From: a virus
Lineage: Duplodnaviria; Caudoviricetes
Reading direction: 5' to 3' (one strand)
DNA: 24,437 nt
Virus record (IMG/VR): IMGVR_UViG_3300028599_000022
Coordinates: 1 to 24,437 of that record
Within the stretch, counting starts at the first letter, position 1. Every line of letters begins with the position of its first letter. Shown here piece after piece: positions 15,987 through 22,823 of the stretch. The position numbers were made by a program, and so were the translations under genes. The notes beneath the pieces are model-generated. The model did not search any database. It had not been told where the DNA came from and was given only the letters and a program-made list of their open reading frames with translations.

Positions 15987-16846
15987 GCTTTCGTCCTCGC
16001 TAGCCTGATGAGCTCGTCTCGAAATGCCTCTGGCGTGCGCGACCGCGCGACTTGCCCCATATACTGTTGAGTCCGGGAGCCATCTTGAGTGAACCCCGCA
16101 TCGCATACGTGCGTCCTCGCTAGCGTCAGCAATTCATCTCGGAATATCTCTGGCGTCTTAGCCGCCGCAACCTTGCCCAGACGTGGCCGTTGCTCGAACT
16201 TCGAAGTGTGATTGGCGCACCAGGACACGAGCGCCTGACTGCCGGCCGCAGTACCCCAACGCATCGACTGCACATCAACGCCGTGCGCGTAGAGCCAGGT
16301 CGCCTTCTTCGCCGCGTGGCCGTAGCGCCCCTGCTCCACGTGACAGGTCCAGCCGCCTTCGAAGTCCGCCACAATCCAGCCACCGGCCGCTGGCGGCCGA
16401 TTGAGACCGTACGCGCCCCATGCGTCGGAGTACGCCGGGTGCTCGAGCACACCGCCCCATCGACGCACTGCGTCGAGGGCGAACTCGAACAGTCCGCCAT
16501 CGTCGCCGCGCTTGTGGCCCCAACGCGCCTCGACCATGCCAGCGAGTCGGCACCAGCGCGAGCACGGCGGATGTGCGACCACCGGACACGGCCCGGCGTA
16601 GTTGGTCGCATCGCGAGACTCTGGCCAGGGGTCGACATCCGGGAGGCCGAAGTAGGGGCCGCCTTCGTGGACGAACAGGGCGGCTACTCGCTTAGAATTT
16701 CCTATCTGCCTCACGGTTTCGACCAGCATATTGCGGAATTCCTCCGGAGTGTAGCTGCGGCTGCTACCGATGCGAGCTCGCGAGACAGGAATCCACCCCT
16801 CGCCATCACATCGCCCCCACCGCAAGGAAGGAAGCTTCACTGCCAT
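15983..16846 (-). CDS. Phage C5-cytosine DNA methyltransferase-like protein with repeated C-terminal module
   Basis: VAALFV, RDA, catalytic-type VVAHPPC, GGVLEHP (motif VI-like), QGRYGHAAKKATWL (motif VIII-like), and TPExFR three times. No canonical FxGxG. Confidence 0.72.
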   Translation of the reverse strand: MAVKLPSLRWGRCDGEGWIPVSRARIGSSRSYTPEEFRNMLVETVRQIGNSKRVAALFVHEGGPYFGLPDVDPWPESRDATNYAGPCPVVAHPPCSRWCRLAGMVEARWGHKRGDDGGLFEFALDAVRRWGGVLEHPAYSDAWGAYGLNRPPAAGGWIVADFEGGWTCHVEQGRYGHAAKKATWLYAHGVDVQSMRWGTAAGSQALVSWCANHTSKFEQRPRLGKVAAAKTPEIFRDELLTLARTHVCDAGFTQDGSRTQQYMGQVARSRTPEAFRDELIRLARTKA

Positions 16847-17163
16847 CCCTCCAGAGTCTTTTGCCGATCACCGTGCGTCACGCCGTGCGTCACGACCGAG
16901 CCGCTACTGTCCGGCTGCCATTGATAGACCTCCAGCCATTCACAGCCGCAGCGCACGCACTGCATCGTCTCGATGCAACGCAGCTCAACGTCGACGTCTC
17001 GGACTGCACAAGTGGCCATCGAATTTACTCCACAGTCCGGACACTGTTCGTGTGCTCGTTCGCTCACGATGCCGAACATCTGGCACATCTTTTCTTCCAA
17101 CTCCACCGTCTCAGCAGCTATTTTATCAATTAGCTGTTCGCGCTCGCTCTTCTCGTCAGTCAC
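16837..17163 (-). CDS. Zn-ribbon hypothetical protein (108 aa)
   Basis: CPDC...CVRC; GTGA coupling and AAGGAG SD. Confidence 0.7.
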   Translation of the reverse strand: MTDEKSEREQLIDKIAAETVELEEKMCQMFGIVSERAHEQCPDCGVNSMATCAVRDVDVELRCIETMQCVRCGCEWLEVYQWQPDSSGSVVTHGVTHGDRQKTLEGWQ

Positions 17164-17456
17164 AGCGGCTGCTCCTTGAGAGCGCGGATGCGCAGCCCAG
17201 CCTCACGAAGAACGTGTTTTTGCTCGGCCCATTGGGCGTGTTCCTCCGCCATCTCGTCGCACAGATTGGTAGCGGCCTCGAGGCCGTCGCGGTAAGCGGC
17301 CGCTCGTGTTTCAGCAAGCTCCTCAGCCTCGGCCACGATCTGCTTTCTCGCATCCCAAAACCATCGCAGCTGGTGAATGGACATATTCTTGCGGATCGAC
17401 ATCGGCACGGTCTCGCAGAACGCCACGAAATATTGCGGCACCATCGTTTCCGTCAT
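17160..17456 (-). CDS. Hypothetical helical protein (98 aa)
   Basis: GGAGGAGG SD before ATG 17456; the longer ORF-track start lies in the iteron region. Confidence 0.7.
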   Translation of the reverse strand: MTETMVPQYFVAFCETVPMSIRKNMSIHQLRWFWDARKQIVAEAEELAETRAAAYRDGLEAATNLCDEMAEEHAQWAEQKHVLREAGLRIRALKEQPL

Positions 17457-17478
17457 CGCCGCTTTTCCCTCCTCCCGC

Positions 17479-17810
17479 GTCCCACTCTGTCCCTGTCCCC
17501 CACTAAAAGAGTGGGGGACATAGGGACAGGACAAGGTGGGTCCCACATCTGGGACCAGGGACAAAATAGGTGGGACACGTGGGACAAGGTCATCTCAGAT
17601 CCCCTTGACCCAACGTCCAGCAACGCTCTTACTAATTCCAAGTTCATCCGCTATATCCCTGATAGTTAAGCCGTTTAGCTTCATTTCTCGGGCTAGCTGA
17701 CGCTGCTCTTCGCGCCCTCCAGACCATTTCCAATCTTGTCCCACCGCCCCCAGCGTAACCACCCGTTCCTGGACCGCTTGGGACGCTTCTGAGCTTGTCC
17801 CACCTGTCCC
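17479..17810. repeat. Iteron cluster, putative replication origin
   Basis: GGGACA at 17515, 17523, 17558, 17572, 17581; TGTCCC at 17488, 17494, 17737, 17796, 17805; perfect inverted repeat TGTCCCCCACT-AAAAG-AGTGGGGGACA (17494-17520). Confidence 0.75.
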
Positions 17811-18899
17811 GTCGCGAACCTTGGCAAATTGGAGCTTGAATCGGGTCTGCTGGACGGTCATCGAGAGGCCGTCCCGTGGCTCATCTGACGTCATCGCGGA
17901 GAGCTGGATTGCCAAGTCCGCGTGCCACAATTTCGTCTTGGTGCCGAAGATTTCGCCCTGTGCGTTCGTGTGATCGACGATCACCACGGTCCTCCCCAAG
18001 GCCCGCTGCAGCCCGGCAAAGCGCCTCACCGGCTGCCAGAACTCGTCTGAGGACATGCTCAGCCCGTCCACCCAGGCCAGGGACATCAGGTTGTCCAACA
18101 TCAGGACATCGGCGCCGCAGGCATTGGCCCAAAGCTCCACCTGCTGCTGTCCCGCCTCGGTGCACAGGTTCACCGGCTCGTAACCGGCGCCGGCGCCCCA
18201 GGTGGACAGGTTGGCTATCCTGAGCCAGTCGTCCTCGAGGCCGGCACCGGCCAGGCGCCGCTGCATCATCTCGCCGACCATCTCGCCGTCGATGACCAGC
18301 ACCCGGCCCCGCTTGGCGGATGTCCACCCGAGGAAGTCTTTCCCGGCCGCGATGGCGTGGGACAGGGCCAGAGCCAACATGGTCTTGCCGACGCCCGGCG
18401 GGGCGTAGAGCATCACGATTTGCTGCGTTGCAATAGGGCCTAACAGAGGCGTAATGGGCGGGAATTCCAGCTCCAGGAATTCCTGCACCGGGGGCGGCAG
18501 CGGCAGCCGTGGCGCTGGCTCATGCACGCTGGTGGCCCAATCCTCGGCCCGCCGACGGAGCTCCACTCGCTGCTCACGAGTCTTTCCGAGCCGTACCGGC
18601 CACGGCTGCTTGCCGTTCTGGCGGTAGTCGTCGAACAGTGCCTCCATCGGGAATCCCACGGCGCCGCACACATCCTCTGCCGAGCACCCGGCGAAGCAGT
18701 TGATAAGGATCCGCGGCCCCTCGATTTTCAGGCTCAGAGACGGGCTGTGATCGTCGTGAGCCGGACAACAGGCCATGTAGTTGTCACCGTGCCCCTTCGG
18801 CAGCTTACGGCCGCAGGCGGACGCTGTGTCCGCGATACGGCCGACGAGCACGCTGAAGCGATCGTCGAGCCGTTCAGGCAGCTGTTCGGCGGGCATCAT
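17595..18899 (-). CDS. Replication protein: primase-type Zn-binding domain + RepA/AAA_25 (RecA-like) helicase + C-terminal HTH (434 aa)
   Basis: CPAHDDHSPSLS...INCFAGC; Walker A APPGVGKT; VLVIDGEM; LMLDNL; VIVDH; C-terminal LTIRDIADELGISKSVAGRWV. Confidence 0.88.
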   Translation of the reverse strand: MMPAEQLPERLDDRFSVLVGRIADTASACGRKLPKGHGDNYMACCPAHDDHSPSLSLKIEGPRILINCFAGCSAEDVCGAVGFPMEALFDDYRQNGKQPWPVRLGKTREQRVELRRRAEDWATSVHEPAPRLPLPPPVQEFLELEFPPITPLLGPIATQQIVMLYAPPGVGKTMLALALSHAIAAGKDFLGWTSAKRGRVLVIDGEMVGEMMQRRLAGAGLEDDWLRIANLSTWGAGAGYEPVNLCTEAGQQQVELWANACGADVLMLDNLMSLAWVDGLSMSSDEFWQPVRRFAGLQRALGRTVVIVDHTNAQGEIFGTKTKLWHADLAIQLSAMTSDEPRDGLSMTVQQTRFKLQFAKVRDGTGGTSSEASQAVQERVVTLGAVGQDWKWSGGREEQRQLAREMKLNGLTIRDIADELGISKSVAGRWVKGI

Positions 18900-19102
18900 G
18901 CGTTGCCGTTGATCCGCTCGAACGCCGTGATCTTGAGTCGTCGATAGCCAAGCTGCCTGGCCAGCGACTCCGATACCGGCCGCTCGCCCTGGCACACTCT
19001 GTGCAGGTACTGACCGGAATAGCCCAACTCGTCTCCGAGGCCGCGCCAGGTCTTGACCGCTGCCATCGATCGGATTAGCTCTCTCATCTCGTATTCGCTC
19101 AT
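18896..19102 (-). CDS. Cro-like HTH protein (68 aa)
   Basis: WRGLGDELGYSGQYLHRVCQGERPVS..LARQLG; first gene of the replication operon, ATG 10 nt after the -10 box. Confidence 0.8.
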   Translation of the reverse strand: MSEYEMRELIRSMAAVKTWRGLGDELGYSGQYLHRVCQGERPVSESLARQLGYRRLKITAFERINGNA

Positions 19103-19107
19103 AGTGG

Positions 19108-19141
19108 TTGACACGCTACCCGCATCCGGGTAACGTGTCAA
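19108..19141. promoter_or_regulatory. 34-bp palindromic bidirectional sigma70 promoter
   Basis: TTGACACGcTACCCG-catc-CGGGTAaCGTGTCAA. Plus strand TTGACA-17-TAACGT; minus strand TTGACA-17-TAGCGT; sits at the strand switch. Confidence 0.85.
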
Positions 19142-19144
19142 TAC

Positions 19145-19288
19145 GTTGGGTCGCCGATTCATACTCGGACTGGCCCGCGAGTCCCTAGCAGGGGACGGGC
19201 TGTCTCCCCGGTACGGACTGCTATCTGTGCCGGGGAAATGGCTTCACTGTTCCACATGGGACACATGAGCCGAAACCGAACTGGAGAC
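19145..19288 (+). ncRNA. Structured 5' leader with kissing-loop hairpins (candidate cis-regulatory RNA)
   Basis: Hairpin 19168-19204 with loop TAGCAG; 13-bp hairpin 19205-19236 with loop CTGCTA (exact complement); third hairpin 19240-19271. G-U pairs favour the plus-strand RNA. Confidence 0.65.
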
Positions 19289-19292
19289 GAAA

Positions 19293-19727
19293 ATGAGCCT
19301 GAGACTAGACGACGCATTCCCGAGCAATTATATCCGTGCCAGCGATCTGGGCGGCAAGGAGCACACCCTCACCATCAGCAACATCACCATCGAGACCCTG
19401 GGTCAGGGGCAGGACGCAGACGAAAAGCCGGTTGTCGCCTTCGAGGGACGCAAGAAGCGATGGGTAATGAACAAGACCAACGCTCTTACCTTGGCCGGCG
19501 ACTACGGCCAGGACATGGCCGACTGGTTCGGCCGAGATGTGATCCTGTTCAGCATGAAGGTGCAGGGTCCGAACGGACTGGTTGATGGCATCCGCTGTCG
19601 CGTGCCAGCAGAGGCGCATGCCTCGAGCGATCACAAGGGACAGCGATTCGAGCGCGATGCTGCTGCCGCAACCGAATCAGTGGGGCCGGGACACGGCGAC
19701 GACTTCGACGATGACATTCCCTTCTGA
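19293..19727 (+). CDS. Putative phage single-stranded DNA-binding protein with SSB C-terminal tip
   Basis: FPSNYIRASDL...LTI...KPVVAF...MNKTN...G.D..DW.G..V.L phage family pattern; ends DFDDDIPF, the same as the E. coli SSB tail; GGAG SD. Confidence 0.78.
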   Translation: MSLRLDDAFPSNYIRASDLGGKEHTLTISNITIETLGQGQDADEKPVVAFEGRKKRWVMNKTNALTLAGDYGQDMADWFGRDVILFSMKVQGPNGLVDGIRCRVPAEAHASSDHKGQRFERDAAAATESVGPGHGDDFDDDIPF

Positions 19728-19728
19728 T

Positions 19729-20055
19729 ATGTCCCTCCACCTGACCATCAACGATCCAAAGCATGAGCGGCAGCTCCGCAACCTGCTGCGCATGACACGC
19801 GTGCTGGCGGAACCCCGTGTGCTGCTGGCGGTGTTGACGATCAAGGAGGGGCTAGATCCAGACGCAGACATGAGCATGGCTGCGGAAGCCTATGCCGAGC
19901 TCTCACGCGACGAGCTGTCGGCGCTGTGGGTAGCGCCAAGCAAGGGCGGCATCTGGACGACCAGGGAGCGCGAGATGCTGAAGGGATCGGAGTTTGTTGA
20001 TGAACTGAGGCGGCAGCGGGATCCCATGGATACCGTTCGGCGTACTCTGACCTGA
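19729..20055 (+). CDS. Hypothetical protein (108 aa) with LWVAPSKGGIWTTRER motif
   Basis: ATG 1 nt after the SSB-like stop; the motif looks conserved. Confidence 0.7.
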   Translation: MSLHLTINDPKHERQLRNLLRMTRVLAEPRVLLAVLTIKEGLDPDADMSMAAEAYAELSRDELSALWVAPSKGGIWTTREREMLKGSEFVDELRRQRDPMDTVRRTLT

Positions 20056-20093
20056 TGGGCATGTTCACACCCGTTCTGTCTCTTGCTCATGTC

Positions 20094-20131
20094 AGTAGCG
20101 GCGGTGATCTTGAAGGGCCGCCGCCGCTACT
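20094..20131. terminator. Hairpin between convergent transcription units
   Basis: AGTAGCGGCGG...CCGCCGCTACT 11-bp inverted repeat; no strong U-tract. Confidence 0.4.
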
Positions 20132-20297
20132 ATTCCTCCATCATCCCATCCGGCCCGCGCCGCTTGCCCTGGTCGCGCTGGCGCAACAGGCGTAGCAGCC
20201 GCTTACGCTCGACTGGCGTCAGATCGGCATAGTCGCGATCCAGTAGCCCGCGATTGAACGCGAGCAGTGCGCGATCTGAGCGATGCTCTTTGCTCAT
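20130..20297 (-). CDS. Small basic hypothetical protein (55 aa)
   Basis: Follows the RHH gene by 7 nt; DYADLTPVERKRLLRLL. Confidence 0.55.
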   Translation of the reverse strand: MSKEHRSDRALLAFNRGLLDRDYADLTPVERKRLLRLLRQRDQGKRRGPDGMMEE

Positions 20298-20304
20298 GAC
20301 GACA

Positions 20305-20490
20305 TCACGCCGCCCTCCGCCGACGCACGCCACGCGCTGCTAGCGCCTCGTCGATCAAGATCCGCACCATCACGCTCTTGACACTTTCTGTCTCGTGCGC
20401 CGCTAACCTGCTGATTTGCTTGAGCTGATCGGGCCTGAACGAGCAGGTCAGCTGCGCCGCGTCCAGCTTTCTCGGGCCACGCTTTGCCAT
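20305..20490 (-). CDS. Ribbon-helix-helix (Arc/CopG-like) transcriptional regulator (61 aa)
   Basis: Beta-strand QLTCSF, helix PDQLKQISRLAA, helix KSVMVRILIDEAL; GAGG SD. Confidence 0.75.
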   Translation of the reverse strand: MAKRGPRKLDAAQLTCSFRPDQLKQISRLAAHETESVKSVMVRILIDEALAARGVRRRRAA

Positions 20491-20518
20491 TGGTCCGTCC
20501 TCTTGTGAGTGAGGCTGC

Positions 20519-20585
20519 ATCATGCCACCTAAAGAAAGTGTTGACAAGTGGGATTGAGGGTGTATACTAGCACTTAACGTCACTT
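20519..20585. promoter_or_regulatory. Divergent promoters with AAGTG/CACTT operator repeats
   Basis: Plus: TTGACA(20541)-16-TATACT(20563). Minus: TTGTCA-17-CATGAT. AAGTG-N5-AAGTG (20536-20550) and CACTT-N5-CACTT (20571-20585). Confidence 0.75.
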
Positions 20586-20607
20586 ACCAATGCGAGGACC
20601 GAGACCA

Positions 20608-20781
20608 ATGTTCACCCCTGGCCCCTACACTTTCGACCCTTTCGACGGCCCGGTGTTCGTCGAGTCCGTCGAGACCACTACCGAGGACGGCATCGCGGTT
20701 GACCGCGTTACCACTACCGACGCGGGCACCTTCATCATTGCTGCGGACACTTTCGATATCTTCGCCACCCCCGCAGCCTAA
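20608..20781 (+). CDS. Small acidic protein (57 aa)
   Basis: GAGGA SD; 10 D/E versus 1 R; first gene after the promoter. Confidence 0.75.
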   Translation: MFTPGPYTFDPFDGPVFVESVETTTEDGIAVDRVTTTDAGTFIIAADTFDIFATPAA

Positions 20782-20833
20782 TCCCAACACCCACCAGCCC
20801 GCCGCCACCCTGGGGCGGGCGAGGAGAGCTGAG

Positions 20834-21100
20834 ATGGGCATCTACCAATGCGAAGAGATCTGGGACGGCGAGCCATTATCGTTCGAAATCCTGGCCGACA
20901 TGGGGCTGGCGAACGCGCCTATCTCCTACCGTTACGACCCCAATGGGCCCTGGCAGGATACGCCCTACCTGACGGCCAGTGTCGTGCACGACATCAACAC
21001 AGCGGCCGTGTGGGTGTCCAGCTATGCCGCTAGCTTCGGCTTTTGGGATGACGGCGAGCCGGACTCCGTGAGAGTCGTCGGCGAGGAGGGATCCGAATGA
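20834..21100 (+). CDS. Acidic hypothetical protein (88 aa)
   Basis: GAGGAG SD preceded by a GC hairpin (20798-20820); 16 D/E versus 2 R. Confidence 0.78.
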   Translation: MGIYQCEEIWDGEPLSFEILADMGLANAPISYRYDPNGPWQDTPYLTASVVHDINTAAVWVSSYAASFGFWDDGEPDSVRVVGEEGSE

Positions 21101-21297
21101 ACGCCTACGATAGCCACTACGGCGAACAGACCCTGGTCGCCCTCGACGGTGCGCCAGCGGACATCCGAGCCGATGCCATGGCGGCCGCACTCAACGCTGC
21201 GCACGAAGCTGGCCAGCGCTACGCCTGCGACCGCTGGCGGGAGCACTGCGCGAAGGTCGAGGCGAGATGCGTGCTTAAGGGAGTGCCGACAGAATGA
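21097..21297 (+). CDS. Hypothetical protein (66 aa)
   Basis: GAGGAGG SD, ATGA coupling. Confidence 0.75.
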   Translation: MNAYDSHYGEQTLVALDGAPADIRADAMAAALNAAHEAGQRYACDRWREHCAKVEARCVLKGVPTE

Positions 21298-21542
21298 ATG
21301 AGCCGAAGACGATACTAGAGAGAACCGCCGCCTGGGAACGTGAGTTCCAGGCCCAGCAACGAGGTTTCGAAGGAGATCGAAAACAGCGCCAGCTCCATGC
21401 CAGTCTGGTGCGGATGACGGAGACCTGCGAGAACCTTCGCGCTCAGCTCGCCGATGAGCGGATCAAGGTGCTGCATCTCGAGCGCATGTTATGGGAGGCG
21501 CAGAATCTACAACGGATGCGGCTTGACGAAACAGGAGAATGA
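21294..21542 (+). CDS. Coiled-coil hypothetical protein (82 aa)
   Basis: GGGAG SD, ATGA coupling, heptad-like E/R/L/Q composition. Confidence 0.75.
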   Translation: MNEPKTILERTAAWEREFQAQQRGFEGDRKQRQLHASLVRMTETCENLRAQLADERIKVLHLERMLWEAQNLQRMRLDETGE

Positions 21543-21712
21543 GCGGCCGAACCTACTGTCCCACGGCAGGTTGCTCGCGATATGCGATCGTCGGGCAGAC
21601 GTACTGCCGACCGTGCCGGGAGATCCGAGACGTGCACGTGCTGCGGCGACAGTTTGAAGAGCTCGCTCGAAGGTGGGCCGCAGAGACGCTGAGAAGAGAG
21701 CAACATGGCTGA
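21539..21712 (+). CDS. Small Zn-finger protein (57 aa)
   Basis: Hand translation MSGRTYCPTAGCSRYAIVGQTYCRPCREIRD...EQHG*; C-x4-C-x10-C-x2-C; AGGAG SD and ATGA coupling; below the ORF-track cutoff. Confidence 0.75.
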   Translation: MSGRTYCPTAGCSRYAIVGQTYCRPCREIRDVHVLRRQFEELARRWAAETLRREQHG

Positions 21713-21890
21713 GGACGACTGGCCCCACCTGATCCTCGCCGGGTTCATCCTGGCAGCAGCCTTCGGAGCGATTGTCGGCGTGGTCATACAGCAGGCAGGG
21801 AATGATGGATGGCTGTGGGGGCTAAGAACGGCTCTTGCCATCATCACGGCGATCGCGGCAGCAATTACGATAGGAGTGATTCACTCATGA
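21705..21890 (+). CDS. Small two-TM membrane protein (61 aa)
   Basis: Two hydrophobic segments joined by QQAGNDG; overlaps both neighbours. Confidence 0.75.
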   Translation: MAEDDWPHLILAGFILAAAFGAIVGVVIQQAGNDGWLWGLRTALAIITAIAAAITIGVIHS

Positions 21891-22447
21891 GCCAACCTGA
21901 TTTGGCGCAGCACCAGCTAGGCACTATTCTCGACGGCAAGCAGCCCCGCGACGCCGTGCACATCGCGCTATTCTCGGCGCAGTGTGCGCACCGTCTCGGT
22001 CCAGGCGATTGGGTAAAGCTGCACCATGATGGATCGCTAATGCGCTGTGAACCAGAAAATGCGATCGGTATCGTCGATCCATTCTTGCCTGTCATGGCGC
22101 AGCCCGACCATTGGGTCTATGTCTTCCTCAAGCCAAACACCGTAACCGGGTTGCGTCATGTCTATGAGCATCCAACGCTGGATGGGATGGAAGGTCGGAC
22201 GCCATATGAGACAGTGAAGCGCATTGCCGAGTTGCTGGACATCGGCCAAGATCATTTGATGCAAGCGGCCCGCACGTGGCGTGAAAGCTCAGGCGAGGAA
22301 TGGCCGACACACGAAGTACAGCTCGGCTCTGAAGGCTGGAGAGATGAGTTCCGTCATTACGCCAAAGAATTCTGGCAAGCCTATGCGCAAATCACTGGCG
22401 ACGACACTGCCGAGATGGACGACAACTTCTTCTCGTGCTCGTGTTGA
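21887..22447 (+). CDS. Conserved phage protein of unknown function (186 aa)
   Basis: AGGAG SD, ATGA coupling; RDAVHIA...IGIVDPFL...LKPNTVTGLRHVYEHP...FFSCSC pattern I recognise from other phage proteins. Confidence 0.8.
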   Translation: MSQPDLAQHQLGTILDGKQPRDAVHIALFSAQCAHRLGPGDWVKLHHDGSLMRCEPENAIGIVDPFLPVMAQPDHWVYVFLKPNTVTGLRHVYEHPTLDGMEGRTPYETVKRIAELLDIGQDHLMQAARTWRESSGEEWPTHEVQLGSEGWRDEFRHYAKEFWQAYAQITGDDTAEMDDNFFSCSC

Positions 22448-22450
22448 ACG

Positions 22451-22777
22451 CTACGGCCCCCCAAACAGACCGGCAATCCGATCCGGGCCAAGCCAGCTCA
22501 GAAGGAACATGAGCATCAGAACCGCTCCGGTGCCGATCAGGATGCGATCGTTTCTTTTGCGTTCGGAACGGCGTTCAGCCTCAGCCCTGTCTGCGCGCTT
22601 CTCTAGCTGGTCCATACGCGCAGACATGGACCGCTCCAACGCCTGGACCAGAGCCAGCAGCTCCTGCTGGCTCACCGTGTCAGACTCATCGATGGAACGT
22701 CGCCCATGGGCGACCCTCCGGGGGCCATATCGGCGCTCCGTGCCGGGGAGGGTCGCTTGTCCATTATGGGCCACCAT
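22451..22777 (-). CDS. Coiled-coil protein with C-terminal TM (holin/XhlA-like architecture)
   Basis: Arg-rich N-terminus, coiled coil, TM ILIGTGAVLMLMFLLSWL; last gene of the late arm. Confidence 0.6.
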   Translation of the reverse strand: MVAHNGQATLPGTERRYGPRRVAHGRRSIDESDTVSQQELLALVQALERSMSARMDQLEKRADRAEAERRSERKRNDRILIGTGAVLMLMFLLSWLGPDRIAGLFGGP

Positions 22778-22823
22778 GTCACATTACAGGAACCGCGCTC
22801 TGGATGATGTGTAAATCCTCACA

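Noticed and set aside
16871-16894. Perfect 12-bp tandem duplication CCGTGCGTCACG
   Set aside because: Real, but only adds VTHG in a likely disordered tail; ordinary slippage.
19145-19290. Hammerhead ribozyme or tRNA in the structured leader
   Set aside because: No CUGANGA core with matching stems and no T-loop/acceptor pattern; no tRNA seen elsewhere.
22780-22822. Promoter for the holin-like gene (TTTACA...TAATGT on minus strand)
   Set aside because: Spacing of 23 nt does not fit sigma70.
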